59,410 bases of DNA from a virus. Taxonomy: Duplodnaviria > Caudoviricetes. This document shows positions 1 to 9,369 of the stretch, piece by piece (within the stretch, counting starts at the first letter, position 1; each line of letters starts with the position of its first letter). The stretch lies in IMG/VR virus record IMGVR_UViG_3300020021_000010, positions 1-59,410 of that record. One strand, given 5' to 3'. Both the position numbers and the translations under genes were made by a program. Under the pieces are notes generated by a model. The model worked only from the letters and a program-made list of their open reading frames with translations, searched no databases and had not been told where the DNA came from.

Positions 1-250
1 TGTATGGGAGCTTGAGCAGTTGCGTGCCGAAGGCGCGGAAGATCGCGTTGAGGACGACCGCAGCGGCCTGTGCTGTGCCGGAGAACATTGCGGCAGCGAC
101 GGCGAGGATGACGACCTCGAGATCGCCTTCGCTGGCTTCGTAACCGACGACGCCACTGGCTTCCACCAGTTCGATGAGCTTCGCCCGTGCGGTCGCTTCG
201 AGTTGCTGTCCTGTGGTCGCGATTTCCGCTTCAACGAACGGGCTACTCAT
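1..250 (-). CDS. Baseplate J-like (wedge) protein, N-terminal part; gene spans the circular junction
   Basis: ATG at 250 overlaps the stop of the gp25-like gene; reads MSSPFVEAEI...GTQLLKLPY with no stop and continues in frame into 59402..58444 when the 8-nt terminal overlap is merged. Confidence 0.85.
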   Translation of the reverse strand, partial: MSSPFVEAEIATTGQQLEATARAKLIELVEASGVVGYEASEGDLEVVILAVAAAMFSGTAQAAAVVLNAIFRAFGTQLLKLPY

Positions 251-555
251 GTCGAGACCTCAAGGCTGACCTGGCGTGCCCTCTGTATCCCGTCAGCCAT
301 TTCGCTCGATTCAAGTGCGGCGCGCCGCTCCCAAAACTGGATTGCGGCTTCGTAGGTCGGGAGGTCCAACGGGACGGCCTGCCACGCCAATTCGGGGACT
401 CCGAAGCTGGGCTGATCCTCCCTGAAACCTTCGGGGCAGACAGCGACGTTGTAGACGCATCCCGTGACATCCTCGGGGGTGTCTTGCTCAACCGTGGCGG
501 CACCCGTCTTGGTGATCGTGAAGGGAACGGCGAGGTGTTCGGGCGTTTCGGACAT
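247..555 (-). CDS. gp25-like baseplate wedge / sheath initiator
   Basis: 102 aa with G.R...P.FG..L pattern (EGFREDQPSFGVPEL) and WE.R motif, directly upstream of baseplate J. Confidence 0.75.
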   Translation of the reverse strand: MSETPEHLAVPFTITKTGAATVEQDTPEDVTGCVYNVAVCPEGFREDQPSFGVPELAWQAVPLDLPTYEAAIQFWERRAALESSEMADGIQRARQVSLEVST

Positions 556-565
556 CGACCCTCCT

Positions 566-868
566 TCAGCTATGCGCGCCCACCCAGAAGATGACCGTAG
601 GGATCTCTTGGTCGTCGAAGATCACGACCACTTCAGTGCCCTGCGCCGGCAGGCTCGCGCCATGGTCGGCGTTCCACCAGCATGGTCCGATGGGGCGATC
701 CAGCGAGTACGCGGGGGAGATGACCCAGAGCAGGTTGTCCTCAGAGTCCGGGACGGGGAAGCCCGTCGGCGCCGCCCTGTTCGTAGAGATGTAGCCGCGT
801 ATCACTTTCGGCTGTACGTTCACGTCGGCGGTGCTCTTGAGCAGGTCCGCGACGTTCGCGCCGGACAT
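566..868 (-). CDS. Putative baseplate spike (gpV-like OB fold)
   Basis: LP..G.EV.V.F motif (LPAQGTEVVVIFD); lies between hub and gp25. Confidence 0.55.
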   Translation of the reverse strand: MSGANVADLLKSTADVNVQPKVIRGYISTNRAAPTGFPVPDSEDNLLWVISPAYSLDRPIGPCWWNADHGASLPAQGTEVVVIFDDQEIPTVIFWVGAHS

Positions 869-2935
869 CTAATGGCCCGTTGCCGAGAAATGCACCGCAT
901 CCTCGATGGTCGTGCCTCCCCAGATCAGAGTCGGCTTGTTCGGATATCCCTGGAGGACTTTGTTGAACTGGTCGGGTTCGGTCACGTCGATCGCACCGCC
1001 GGGGTAGTTCTTTTTGCAGTGGTTAGAGGCCAGCGGCCCGTCCGGGTACTCCTGGCTCACCGGCACCCCAAGCTCGGCGGCGTAGTGGGTCGCAGCCGCG
1101 AGCTGTTCGCTGTTCGTTCGGTATCCGCTCTCGACGGTTCCGTTCCAGCCATGTTCGGAGACCCACATAGCGATCGGGATGATCCAGTTGGCGATCGGCT
1201 TGTTCTCTGGGTTCCACTTGGCTTGCGGCACCGACGTGCCGGACGCTTCTACCGGGACGGTCCCGGCCGGTTCCGTTTCTTCGCCGGGGACTTCTTCCTT
1301 GGTGCTTTCCTTCGGCTCTGGTAGCGGTTCGACGGGCGGCTCGCACAGGATTTCCGTGAAGATGTCTTTCATGCATTTCCGGGTGGTCTGCACAATGATC
1401 CAGCGGCCTATGCTGCTGACCGGGGCGGAGTGGACGAATGCTATGACCTGCCCGCTTACGTACTGGCCTATCTCGCAGATCAGGTCCAGTTTGACCTCAG
1501 ATGGCGAGGATGGCTTGATGGCTCTCGAGCGTCGTTGGGTGCGCTGTTTGATTTTGTGCGTCAGGCGATATTCAAACGCCGTGTTGTCGATCGTGTAGGT
1601 CGAGGGCGACAGGACCGCGCCGTATTCGCTCCCCCCGGCTCGATTGACGACATGATTGTTGGGAATGTCGACATAGAGGGCGGGACGTTGGGCTGCGATT
1701 TCCGGTCCGTCCATGTAGTAGAAGCAGAGTCCGTCGGAGAACGCGAACCAGTCGACCTGCTGCGCGAGTCGCTTTATGCATTCGCCACTGTCTTCGTCGG
1801 GGTTCCCGTCCGTGCCGCGTTTGAGCTGCCCGATGTCACTCTTGGCTTCGGCGCCTGCGCTGTTCCCCGAAGCTCCTCCGCCCCCCTGAATGATGGCCCT
1901 AGCCTCAGCGGGAGTGTTCGTTGGGGTCGTTTGCCCATAGTTCGCGGCGCCTTTGCTGGCTTCCCCTGCGCCAGATGCCTGCACGGCCTGGGCGACTTCG
2001 TATGCGGGTGCGTTGGGGTGCGTCCTAGCGTAGGCGATGGCACCCCCCTGCCCCCCGAATCCCTTCGTTAGAAACGCCGTCACGACGGCCGGGATGTCCG
2101 TCTCCGAGATCCCTAGTCCCGCCGCCGTACTTGGAATTACCTGGAGTAACCCTTCGCCCGTGTTTGTAAAGTCGTTCTCGGTGATACACGCCTCAACGAG
2201 GGCTTCCGTCGCGAGGGGACCTGCGTTTAGCTGGTTGGCCTCGCTAAGCGCCGCGTTGATGTTATGTAGCTGTTCTGCGGTTGGGGCTACGCCCTTAATC
2301 GTGATTGCCGTTCCGGCCGTGACGCCGGGGGACTTGTTGGCGGCAGCGGTCTTGTTGGCGTTGCTGATTGCACTTTCGATGACGATCTGGCCAGCTTCGC
2401 CCTTTGTTTCTTCTTCTACGGGTTGGAGGATGCCGATGCCGGGGATGACCGCCGGGATCTTCGCTTCGACCAGTAGGTCGTGCACGAACTGCGCCCTGGT
2501 CTTGGTACCGGGTGGGGCAGTGATCGGTTTCCAGAACGCTCGCAGTTTGGCGAACAGCTTGTCCTGGAAGGTCATGATGAAGTTCGGTTCGGTTATGTCC
2601 GTAGAGCCTTCAACCTGGCAGAAGATCCAGAGGCGTTTGCTGCCCTCGGGGAATTCGATCTCGATTTCGTCTAGGAGGCCCTGCGAGTCAACGTCAACGA
2701 ACCCCGACCCTTGTAGTGTCCATTCGGGATCGATGATGTGGACTTTGATGTAGTCCGGCCCGTTGATCTGCGTTTCTTCTTCGATCTCGCCGATACGGTC
2801 TGAGAGTTCCGCCTCGTTGACGCTTCCACGCGTGCTGGTGGCCTTCACGCGCTTCGCGAGTAGGTCCGCCATCGCCTGTGCTTCGGGCGTGCGATACGCG
2901 ATGTTTTCGGCGACTTCTTCGCCCAGTCGGGTCAT
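869..2935 (-). CDS. Baseplate hub / tail-associated lysin with C-terminal M15-like peptidase
   Basis: 688 aa after the tail initiator; C-terminal SGYR...SNH...GAID...DAVHF motif of M15 Zn peptidases; internal lysozyme-like segment (ITE...GLLQ...AQAVQ). Confidence 0.7.
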   Translation of the reverse strand: MTRLGEEVAENIAYRTPEAQAMADLLAKRVKATSTRGSVNEAELSDRIGEIEEETQINGPDYIKVHIIDPEWTLQGSGFVDVDSQGLLDEIEIEFPEGSKRLWIFCQVEGSTDITEPNFIMTFQDKLFAKLRAFWKPITAPPGTKTRAQFVHDLLVEAKIPAVIPGIGILQPVEEETKGEAGQIVIESAISNANKTAAANKSPGVTAGTAITIKGVAPTAEQLHNINAALSEANQLNAGPLATEALVEACITENDFTNTGEGLLQVIPSTAAGLGISETDIPAVVTAFLTKGFGGQGGAIAYARTHPNAPAYEVAQAVQASGAGEASKGAANYGQTTPTNTPAEARAIIQGGGGASGNSAGAEAKSDIGQLKRGTDGNPDEDSGECIKRLAQQVDWFAFSDGLCFYYMDGPEIAAQRPALYVDIPNNHVVNRAGGSEYGAVLSPSTYTIDNTAFEYRLTHKIKQRTQRRSRAIKPSSPSEVKLDLICEIGQYVSGQVIAFVHSAPVSSIGRWIIVQTTRKCMKDIFTEILCEPPVEPLPEPKESTKEEVPGEETEPAGTVPVEASGTSVPQAKWNPENKPIANWIIPIAMWVSEHGWNGTVESGYRTNSEQLAAATHYAAELGVPVSQEYPDGPLASNHCKKNYPGGAIDVTEPDQFNKVLQGYPNKPTLIWGGTTIEDAVHFSATGH

Positions 2936-3801
2936 CTCGCCACCGGCCTGTAGAGGGTTTCAGGGATCTTGACCTTCGTCCCGGGGCGCAGCTTCTTTTC
3001 AGCGCTGGTCCCGAGGTTGCGGTTAGCCGCGAGGATCACCTTCCACGCTTCCTTGCTCACCGCGCCGCGGGGAAAGCCCTGCGCCTGGGCGACCTTTTTG
3101 ATCGTGTCTGCGGCCGCCGTGGAGCGCACCGTCCGGTACTTCCCCTTGACGGACGCCTTAGCCCTAGCGGCTTCCGCAGCCTGGCTAGCCGTATCGACGA
3201 TTTCTGTGAGCGTGATCGTCGCGGCCTGGCGCAGGCGTTCGCCGCCCTTGTCCCTGAGCGGGTTGGGGTCGAACGTGATCGGGCCGAGGTACCAGAGCTG
3301 TTCGCTGCCGTTGACGGTCTGAAACTGCTTCGGCACGAGGTTCGTCAGGTTGCCACTGCTGTCGGTGCTGTATATCGAAACCTGTGGCGGTGGGCCTACG
3401 AGTTCCCCGGGTTGACGTGAGCGGCCGGCCATCCATTCCAGCGTGAGGATGTCCGCCTCAACATCGGGGCGGTTTTTAGTCAGGGCCACCGCGTCGAAAA
3501 GCACCGGCACCGAGAGCACGTATGGGTCGTAGCCTTCGGGCGTTGTGATCGACGTGCGCTGGAAGCGCTGCACCTTCGCGATTTTCACCCACCCTTCAGT
3601 TGGCGTGGGAGCGCCTTCCCCGGCCAGCGCCGTGAAGGCTCGGGATTCTCCGGTGAGGGTGAGCCCGAGGAACCCCACTTCCTGTAGCGCGCCGATTGCG
3701 CGATGTGGAAGAGCGTGCTCTTTAGCTTCTTTGGCCGCCTTGGGTCCGCTCCCCGACTTCGGCTGAGGCCAGCTCCGCAGGATCTTCGGTAGTTCGGTCA
3801 T
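2932..3801 (-). CDS. Tail tube initiator-like protein with C-terminal LysM-like domain
   Basis: Follows tape measure; C-terminus DTI..VA...W..I..AN...L.PG..VKIP is LysM-like. Confidence 0.65.
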   Translation of the reverse strand: MTELPKILRSWPQPKSGSGPKAAKEAKEHALPHRAIGALQEVGFLGLTLTGESRAFTALAGEGAPTPTEGWVKIAKVQRFQRTSITTPEGYDPYVLSVPVLFDAVALTKNRPDVEADILTLEWMAGRSRQPGELVGPPPQVSIYSTDSSGNLTNLVPKQFQTVNGSEQLWYLGPITFDPNPLRDKGGERLRQAATITLTEIVDTASQAAEAARAKASVKGKYRTVRSTAAADTIKKVAQAQGFPRGAVSKEAWKVILAANRNLGTSAEKKLRPGTKVKIPETLYRPVAR

Positions 3802-5669
3802 CAGCGTGGAGCTTTCGACTGCGCGTACTTCGTGACGCCTTCCGCGATCGGCTTCACCAGCGTCATGTTGTTACGCAGGTGCGGAACGATCGCTTCGGCA
3901 AACAAGCGGCCCTCTACGTGCAGGTCGACTTTGGTCATTTCCGTTGACCGAGCCGTGGCGGCCGCTGCTGCGGGTGAGGATGGGCCCATGCCCGCCGCCG
4001 CGAGCGCGGCCAAGCTAGAGACGCCGGGATGGACTTGGGAGCGGTAGAGTCGCTGGAGGGACTCCCGCTCTTCCTTAGGCGTGAGGCCAGCTTCGGCGAT
4101 GGTCCCTTTCGGCGCCCAAGGTGCTGCGGAGGCTGCCGATTCCAGTAACGACTTCGGCTTTCCCCTGCCGGATTGTCCCTTTCCTTCCCTCTCGAGCCAC
4201 TTCGGGGTATGGATATGCTGCAGAAGCCAGAGCATCGCCGTGAGGGCCGCTACCGGGAGCGCTATCTCGGTAGCCAGGTACTTGAAGCCACCGCCCAATT
4301 TTGCCAGCGTGCCTGCAAGCCCCGCGCCACCGGTCTCGGCATTCGCGGTCGCCATCGCCGGCCCGAGTTTTCCGAGAAGCGAGATCACCGATCCGACCGC
4401 ACCGATCATGTTGCCGAAGAAGATCAGCAGCGGTCCACCCACCGCCAGCAGCAGCGTGAACTCGACCACTACGTCTTTCAGCGGCTTGGGCATCCGCTTC
4501 AGCCATTCAATGCCGCCGATGACGATCTTTGAGAACTTCGTCAAGGCCGGAATCACAACCGGGATCAGCGTCTGACCGAACGAGATGAGCGCCGCCTTGC
4601 CTGCGGCTAGCGCTTGTTGCATCTTGAATGAGGCGTTGGCGGCCCTCGTAGAGAATTTACTGTTAAGTGTTTTGTCGTTGTAGCTCGACAGCTTGTTGCG
4701 GACGTTTTCCATTTCCGGTAGCGCGTTGAGCAGTCCGATCACGTTCGCCGAGCCCTTCGACTTCCCGAACGCCTCGGAGAGATCCAAGTCCTGCTGGTCC
4801 TTGCTCAGTCCGGCTAGGTGCGCACGAAGGTCACGCATCGCCACGATGAGCCCCTGCGGCTTGCGAAGATCGTTCGCGAGCGAGAACTGCCCCAGGCCGA
4901 GCGATTTGAGCGCCCGCTTCGCGATCCCTGTCGGCGCGGTCATCTGCGTCAAGGTCAGGCGCATCCTCGTCGCCTCGACCTGCGCGGGGATGTTCTGCCG
5001 TGTCATCGCGTCAAGGGCAGCGCCTACGTCGCGGAAGCCGAGACCGGCCTGCTTCGCGCTAGTAAGTACGCCGGTCCCCATCGCTTCCGTCAGTTCGGCG
5101 AGGTGCATCTTGCCGAGACCGACAATCCCGTCCATGATCGACATGGCCCCAGATGCGCTTTTCGTGTCGCGCATCTGAACACGCAGCGCGCCAGCCATAG
5201 CGTTCGCCGTTTCGACGAGCCCCGAGCCGCCGATCTGCGCGCCCTTGGAGGACGCGGTAAGCGCCTGGAGGGCCTTGGAGCCCCGCAAGCCGACAGACTC
5301 GATCGGGTAAAGGGCCGCGGCGAGTTCCGATGGCCCCTCCCCCACCTTCGGGGCGAGCTTGAGTACCGCGGAGCTCATCTTGTTGACCTCAGAGGCAGAC
5401 GCGCCGGCTTGCGTCTGGATCTGCGTCATCGACGTCTGGAAATCCATCGCGGCTTTGATCGAGTAGCCGCCGACCGCGAGTAGTGGGAGGGAGAGGGCGG
5501 ACAGCTTGTGGCCGAAGGAACTCATGCCGCTGCCAAGCGACTTGAGTTTGGAGCCCGTCCTCTCTAGGCCCTCGCCGGCTTTACCGGCGGCGACTTCGGT
5601 CGCTTTCATTGCCTTGACGGCCCCGGCTGAGTCGCCGGTAATGATGTACCTCACAACCCGCTCCGCCAT
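3801..5669 (-). CDS. Tape measure protein
   Basis: 622 aa Ala/Gly-rich helical protein, TP901-like core (AAMDFQTSM), hydrophobic segments, canonical position. Confidence 0.9.
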   Translation of the reverse strand: MAERVVRYIITGDSAGAVKAMKATEVAAGKAGEGLERTGSKLKSLGSGMSSFGHKLSALSLPLLAVGGYSIKAAMDFQTSMTQIQTQAGASASEVNKMSSAVLKLAPKVGEGPSELAAALYPIESVGLRGSKALQALTASSKGAQIGGSGLVETANAMAGALRVQMRDTKSASGAMSIMDGIVGLGKMHLAELTEAMGTGVLTSAKQAGLGFRDVGAALDAMTRQNIPAQVEATRMRLTLTQMTAPTGIAKRALKSLGLGQFSLANDLRKPQGLIVAMRDLRAHLAGLSKDQQDLDLSEAFGKSKGSANVIGLLNALPEMENVRNKLSSYNDKTLNSKFSTRAANASFKMQQALAAGKAALISFGQTLIPVVIPALTKFSKIVIGGIEWLKRMPKPLKDVVVEFTLLLAVGGPLLIFFGNMIGAVGSVISLLGKLGPAMATANAETGGAGLAGTLAKLGGGFKYLATEIALPVAALTAMLWLLQHIHTPKWLEREGKGQSGRGKPKSLLESAASAAPWAPKGTIAEAGLTPKEERESLQRLYRSQVHPGVSSLAALAAAGMGPSSPAAAAATARSTEMTKVDLHVEGRLFAEAIVPHLRNNMTLVKPIAEGVTKYAQSKAPR

Positions 5670-5678
5670 TACGCCCTC

Positions 5679-6155
5679 CTACTCTCCGAGTACGATCACC
5701 TCCGTCACCGCGTCCAGCGCCTCGAGCACGGCTGCGTCGGTCTTCGCCCGGTTCTTTTCACCCGCAGGCGCGAGGAATGGGTGCATGGGTTGATTCACCC
5801 AGTTCTGGAGATTGCCGTGTACGGGATGTCTGAAGACGCCTTTGCTGGATGCGCTGGCGGATTTCCTATTGCCCGTGTTGCCCAGCTCGAAGAGTCCCGC
5901 GATGGCGACTTCCCCGCCCCCCGCTACCACCGATACGCCCACTCCGCGTACTCTCGCCTTGACGGTCGGAGGGATCGACTCCGAGTGCTCTGCGACAATC
6001 GCCTGCGCATCCTTGGCGACAAGGCCGCCGACGAGCTTGAAGTTTCGGAGCAGTTGGGTGCGCACCAGCGGCTGGGCCTTTTTCAACGCTTTCGCGACGG
6101 CCTTGAAGTCGCGGGTATCGATACCACCCGTGCCGCGCTCTGTGATGGTCGCCAT
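5679..6155 (-). CDS. HK97 gp10-like virion morphogenesis protein
   Basis: FELG...HPFL.PA motif. Confidence 0.6.
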   Translation of the reverse strand: MATITERGTGGIDTRDFKAVAKALKKAQPLVRTQLLRNFKLVGGLVAKDAQAIVAEHSESIPPTVKARVRGVGVSVVAGGGEVAIAGLFELGNTGNRKSASASSKGVFRHPVHGNLQNWVNQPMHPFLAPAGEKNRAKTDAAVLEALDAVTEVIVLGE

Positions 6156-6163
6156 GTGGCCCC

Positions 6164-6328
6164 CTAGGTCATCTCGTTCAGCAGAGCGACCGTGTTGTCA
6201 CGGACCGCCGAGAGCATCAGCACATATGCCGGGTCGGCGTCGTCCAATAGTCGCTCAAGGTCGATCGGGACCCCCGCGACGCAGCAGGAGGCGGCCAGTT
6301 TGGCTAGCTGGCCGCCCCGGAGTTTCCC
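6164..6328 (-). CDS. Tail assembly chaperone -1 frameshift extension (GT-like)
   Basis: Slippery heptamer G GGA AAC at 6328-6322; the -1 frame is open (KLRGGQLAK...LLNEMT*) and fills the gap to the next gene. Confidence 0.7.
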   Translation of the reverse strand, partial: GKLRGGQLAKLAASCCVAGVPIDLERLLDDADPAYVLMLSAVRDNTVALLNEMT

Positions 6329-6801
6329 ACCGTGTCCTCTGCGATACGGCTATTGGCCCGCGCCTGCAGCTGGCCCAGTTTGTTCGCCGTCTCGACGATG
6401 TCTGCCTCGCCGCCAAAGATCTCCACTACGGCCTCACGGTCGTCCTGGGCCTGCCCGCATCCGGCTTCCTCGCCGAGGTAGGTAGAAAGCTCGAGGCCAA
6501 GCGCGCGCCCGAGATCGACGGGGCTTCCCTGTGCGTCGACTTGGTCGGTCTCGCACCCCTCGCAGGAGTTCAGCAAGGCGGTGATGCCAGCGTCGATCAG
6601 CCCCTCAACCTGGTCGTCGGCCTCCTGTGCATCCAGGCTGAGGCGCAGCAGGTCCCGGTCGGACATCGTCCGGCACCGTAGGATAAGCCGCCCATTGAAA
6701 CGTGGGACTGCGACTTTCTCAACCGTGCTGGCGCGCTTCGCCTTCATGTCGCCTGTGATATGGGCCCTCAGGGACCCCAGGACCGCCTCGGTCTGCTCCA
6801 T
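6304..6801 (-). CDS. Tail assembly chaperone (G-like)
   Basis: Acidic ORF right after tail tube, GGAG RBS before ATG 6801, slippery site near its 3' end. Confidence 0.75.
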   Translation of the reverse strand: MEQTEAVLGSLRAHITGDMKAKRASTVEKVAVPRFNGRLILRCRTMSDRDLLRLSLDAQEADDQVEGLIDAGITALLNSCEGCETDQVDAQGSPVDLGRALGLELSTYLGEEAGCGQAQDDREAVVEIFGGEADIVETANKLGQLQARANSRIAEDTVGNSGAAS

Positions 6802-6827
6802 TGAGTCTCCCTCCATCGAGTGTTTGC

Positions 6828-7256
6828 CTACTGGCTGTCGCCGTCGAGGTCCGCCATCAGCGTCATGTACGCCACCTCGGATTTCTCCGCGTCATAGTTC
6901 GGCCGCGACACCGTTCCCGTGATCCCGGTGTAGGTCTCCGAGAACACCGCAGATGCCTTCGCGCTGGGTTTCACCGAATAGGTAATCGTGATGAGCGCCT
7001 GCCCTGCCGTTTCCTCCAGTTCCTTGTAAACCAGCAGGATGGGCGCGGACCACAGCTTCTTCACGGTCGCAGGACCGCGCTTGGCGATCCCACCGAGAGC
7101 CCTCTGCGGGAGCTGCCCCCCCGGCATCACCGTGAGGCCCTCTACGGTCTTCTCGGCCCCTTCTAGGACATCCCAGGATTCGTTAGGGAGGCTCATGCCA
7201 GCCACGGTTACCCCGATCGAGACTTGATCGGAGCGGAATATCTGCACTTGCGCCAT
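6828..7256 (-). CDS. Tail tube protein
   Basis: 142 aa beta-rich protein directly downstream of sheath. Confidence 0.75.
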   Translation of the reverse strand: MAQVQIFRSDQVSIGVTVAGMSLPNESWDVLEGAEKTVEGLTVMPGGQLPQRALGGIAKRGPATVKKLWSAPILLVYKELEETAGQALITITYSVKPSAKASAVFSETYTGITGTVSRPNYDAEKSEVAYMTLMADLDGDSQ

Positions 7257-7265
7257 GGCTGTCTC

Positions 7266-8702
7266 CTAAGCGATTTCGAGGTTGGCTGTGCTCGTGACGC
7301 GGACGTTGATCGTCGTGGCGATACCGTCGATCGTGACCACCATTTCTGCGTTGAGCTGCTTTGCTTTCGCCGTTTCGGGCGTGTTGATCGGCGAGCCGAC
7401 CTTGACTTCGCCAGATTCGATTGCTTTCGCTTCCTTCTGACGTTTGATGATCGCCCCGAGATCCCCCGCGAATTCAGCGATCGAATCGGCGCTGATCCTG
7501 TCGAAGAGGTAGGCCTGGCCCGCTTCTTCGGATTCCGTTTCGATCGCTATTACGGCCCGCACCGGGGGGTACTGGCACAGCAATTCGTTCTTGGATGACG
7601 GAAGGGCGGACGCTGCCCCATAGAGGCAGAGGGTTCCGTTCACTTCGGCGAAACAGTTGATCCCCGATTCTTCCAGGGAGGTCATCTGTGCTTCGCTGTA
7701 GGTATTGACGAATCCCGTGATCTCAGGTCCGAGGGGCCAGTTCACACCTGCCGGGGCCTGGTTGTTGTTACCGGTGCGGGACACCTTCGCAAGCTGCGCG
7801 GCGGCGACGACGGAGGCGGGGATGATGCGTGTCGTGCCTCCGGCTAGTCCCGGTGCGTAGCAGGCCTGCGCGAAGAAGTTGATGCGTTCTGCGACCCCGG
7901 ACGGGATCGCTCCTTTTTCGGATTTCAGGGATGCGGGGGTTGTGCCGACTTCTTCGGCGCCTTTGAGGTCCGCCTGGGCATCGCGTTTGTTTTTCAGGCC
8001 ATGTTCGGCCATCGCTACATGCACGGGTTCTTCACTGTTGCCTGGCACGATCAGTTGCCCGGGGCCGAGGCTCTTGGGTATCGATTCGATGCTGGCGATA
8101 GTCGATTTGGAGTTGACGGTCGGGTTCGTTCCGCTCGCGAGTTTTGTCGCTACGAGTTTCTTGACGAGTTCGCTTTTGCCGGACGTGTATCCGGACCCTG
8201 CCGTTATCACGACATAGGTCTGATGCGCTTCGCCCCACGCCAGTAGTTCCGCCGCCGTGGCGTATTCGCCGCTTGTGGAGAGGACTTCGCCTTCGGGGCT
8301 GAGGATGACTAGCTTGGTCGCGGTTTTCCCAGAGTTTTCGACCACTTCGACTTTTAGGCCGTTTCCGTACGTCCCCCTGTAGAGCGCCGTCACGACGAGT
8401 GTTTTGGCTGTTGAGCCTGCTTCCAGTTCCAGTTTCGCGGCGGCCGGCGTGCCTTCTCCCGAGGTGCGCTTTACGTAGGCGCGTGACCCGCCGAGAGCAA
8501 AGAACCTGTCCAGCGCGTCGAAGACTTTGACGGATTCCCCTTCACGGGGGCCGTACAATTCGATGCCCTCGCTTGGCCCCTGGACGAGCGTAACCGTTTC
8601 CGGTCCGTATGCGGCGGGGGCGACAATGAACAGCGTTCCCATCTGTAGGGAGACGCCCGCTGATTGCTGGGTCCCCCCGCTGCTGACAATAACTCCTGGC
8701 AT
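7266..8702 (-). CDS. Contractile tail sheath protein
   Basis: MPGV start, FF..GGSRAYV, A...G.YGN.L.VEV, L...GINCF motifs typical of sheaths. Confidence 0.85.
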   Translation of the reverse strand: MPGVIVSSGGTQQSAGVSLQMGTLFIVAPAAYGPETVTLVQGPSEGIELYGPREGESVKVFDALDRFFALGGSRAYVKRTSGEGTPAAAKLELEAGSTAKTLVVTALYRGTYGNGLKVEVVENSGKTATKLVILSPEGEVLSTSGEYATAAELLAWGEAHQTYVVITAGSGYTSGKSELVKKLVATKLASGTNPTVNSKSTIASIESIPKSLGPGQLIVPGNSEEPVHVAMAEHGLKNKRDAQADLKGAEEVGTTPASLKSEKGAIPSGVAERINFFAQACYAPGLAGGTTRIIPASVVAAAQLAKVSRTGNNNQAPAGVNWPLGPEITGFVNTYSEAQMTSLEESGINCFAEVNGTLCLYGAASALPSSKNELLCQYPPVRAVIAIETESEEAGQAYLFDRISADSIAEFAGDLGAIIKRQKEAKAIESGEVKVGSPINTPETAKAKQLNAEMVVTIDGIATTINVRVTSTANLEIA

Positions 8703-8712
8703 CGGGTTCTCC

Positions 8713-9360
8713 TTACTCGACGGTAACTTTGATGTCCACCGTCTCTACGGTGGGTGCTTCGTCAAACGGTTCTTCGTGCCCCTCATATCCCGGTGATTCC
8801 TGAGGGTTGGGTCCGAGTGGTCCGGCGTCCTCTTTGATTACCTGGGGAACCCAGACCTCGAACTCGGTGATGGACTGCTGGATGGCCCGGCGTTCCGGGT
8901 CGGGGAAGGTCACCTCTGGTAGGGCCGTCATCCGCAGACGCTCGGCGAGACCGCCGAGGTCCGGTTGCTGGACTAGCAGCATCGAGGCGGCGCCGTAGTG
9001 GCCTGCCATGATCCGTGCGTCGTCCTCCGCCCGTTCGGCGAATAGGCCGCCGACACCGACGCACAGGCAGCCTAGGCCGACTGCGTACGCCTGGGTGTAG
9101 CCGTACGAGCCAATCTCGGGCTGCCCTGAGGGTTTGGCCGTGACCATGACCTCGGGTACCTCGGCGCCGATCCACGACTCGAAATCTGTTCCGCCGTGGT
9201 AGCTCTGCGGGGTAGGCGGCCGTGGGATCGCCTTCCGCTCGAGTCCCGTTTTCCGCTCGCGATCAGCGAGGTATTCGGGCATCCATATCCGCAGTGTCGC
9301 GGTGACGGCATCGATTACGTCCTCGGGGCTCACCAGTGGCCCGAAAATGTCTTCGGCCAT
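8713..9360 (-). CDS. Putative tail terminator / neck protein
   Basis: Position between head-tail adaptor and sheath. Confidence 0.5.
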   Translation of the reverse strand: MAEDIFGPLVSPEDVIDAVTATLRIWMPEYLADRERKTGLERKAIPRPPTPQSYHGGTDFESWIGAEVPEVMVTAKPSGQPEIGSYGYTQAYAVGLGCLCVGVGGLFAERAEDDARIMAGHYGAASMLLVQQPDLGGLAERLRMTALPEVTFPDPERRAIQQSITEFEVWVPQVIKEDAGPLGPNPQESPGYEGHEEPFDEAPTVETVDIKVTVE

Positions 9361-9369
9361 GCGGCCTCC

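Noticed and set aside
1-8. 8-bp terminal repeat as att core or TSD
   Set aside because: Falls inside the baseplate J gene, which is restored by merging the ends; better explained as residual circular overlap
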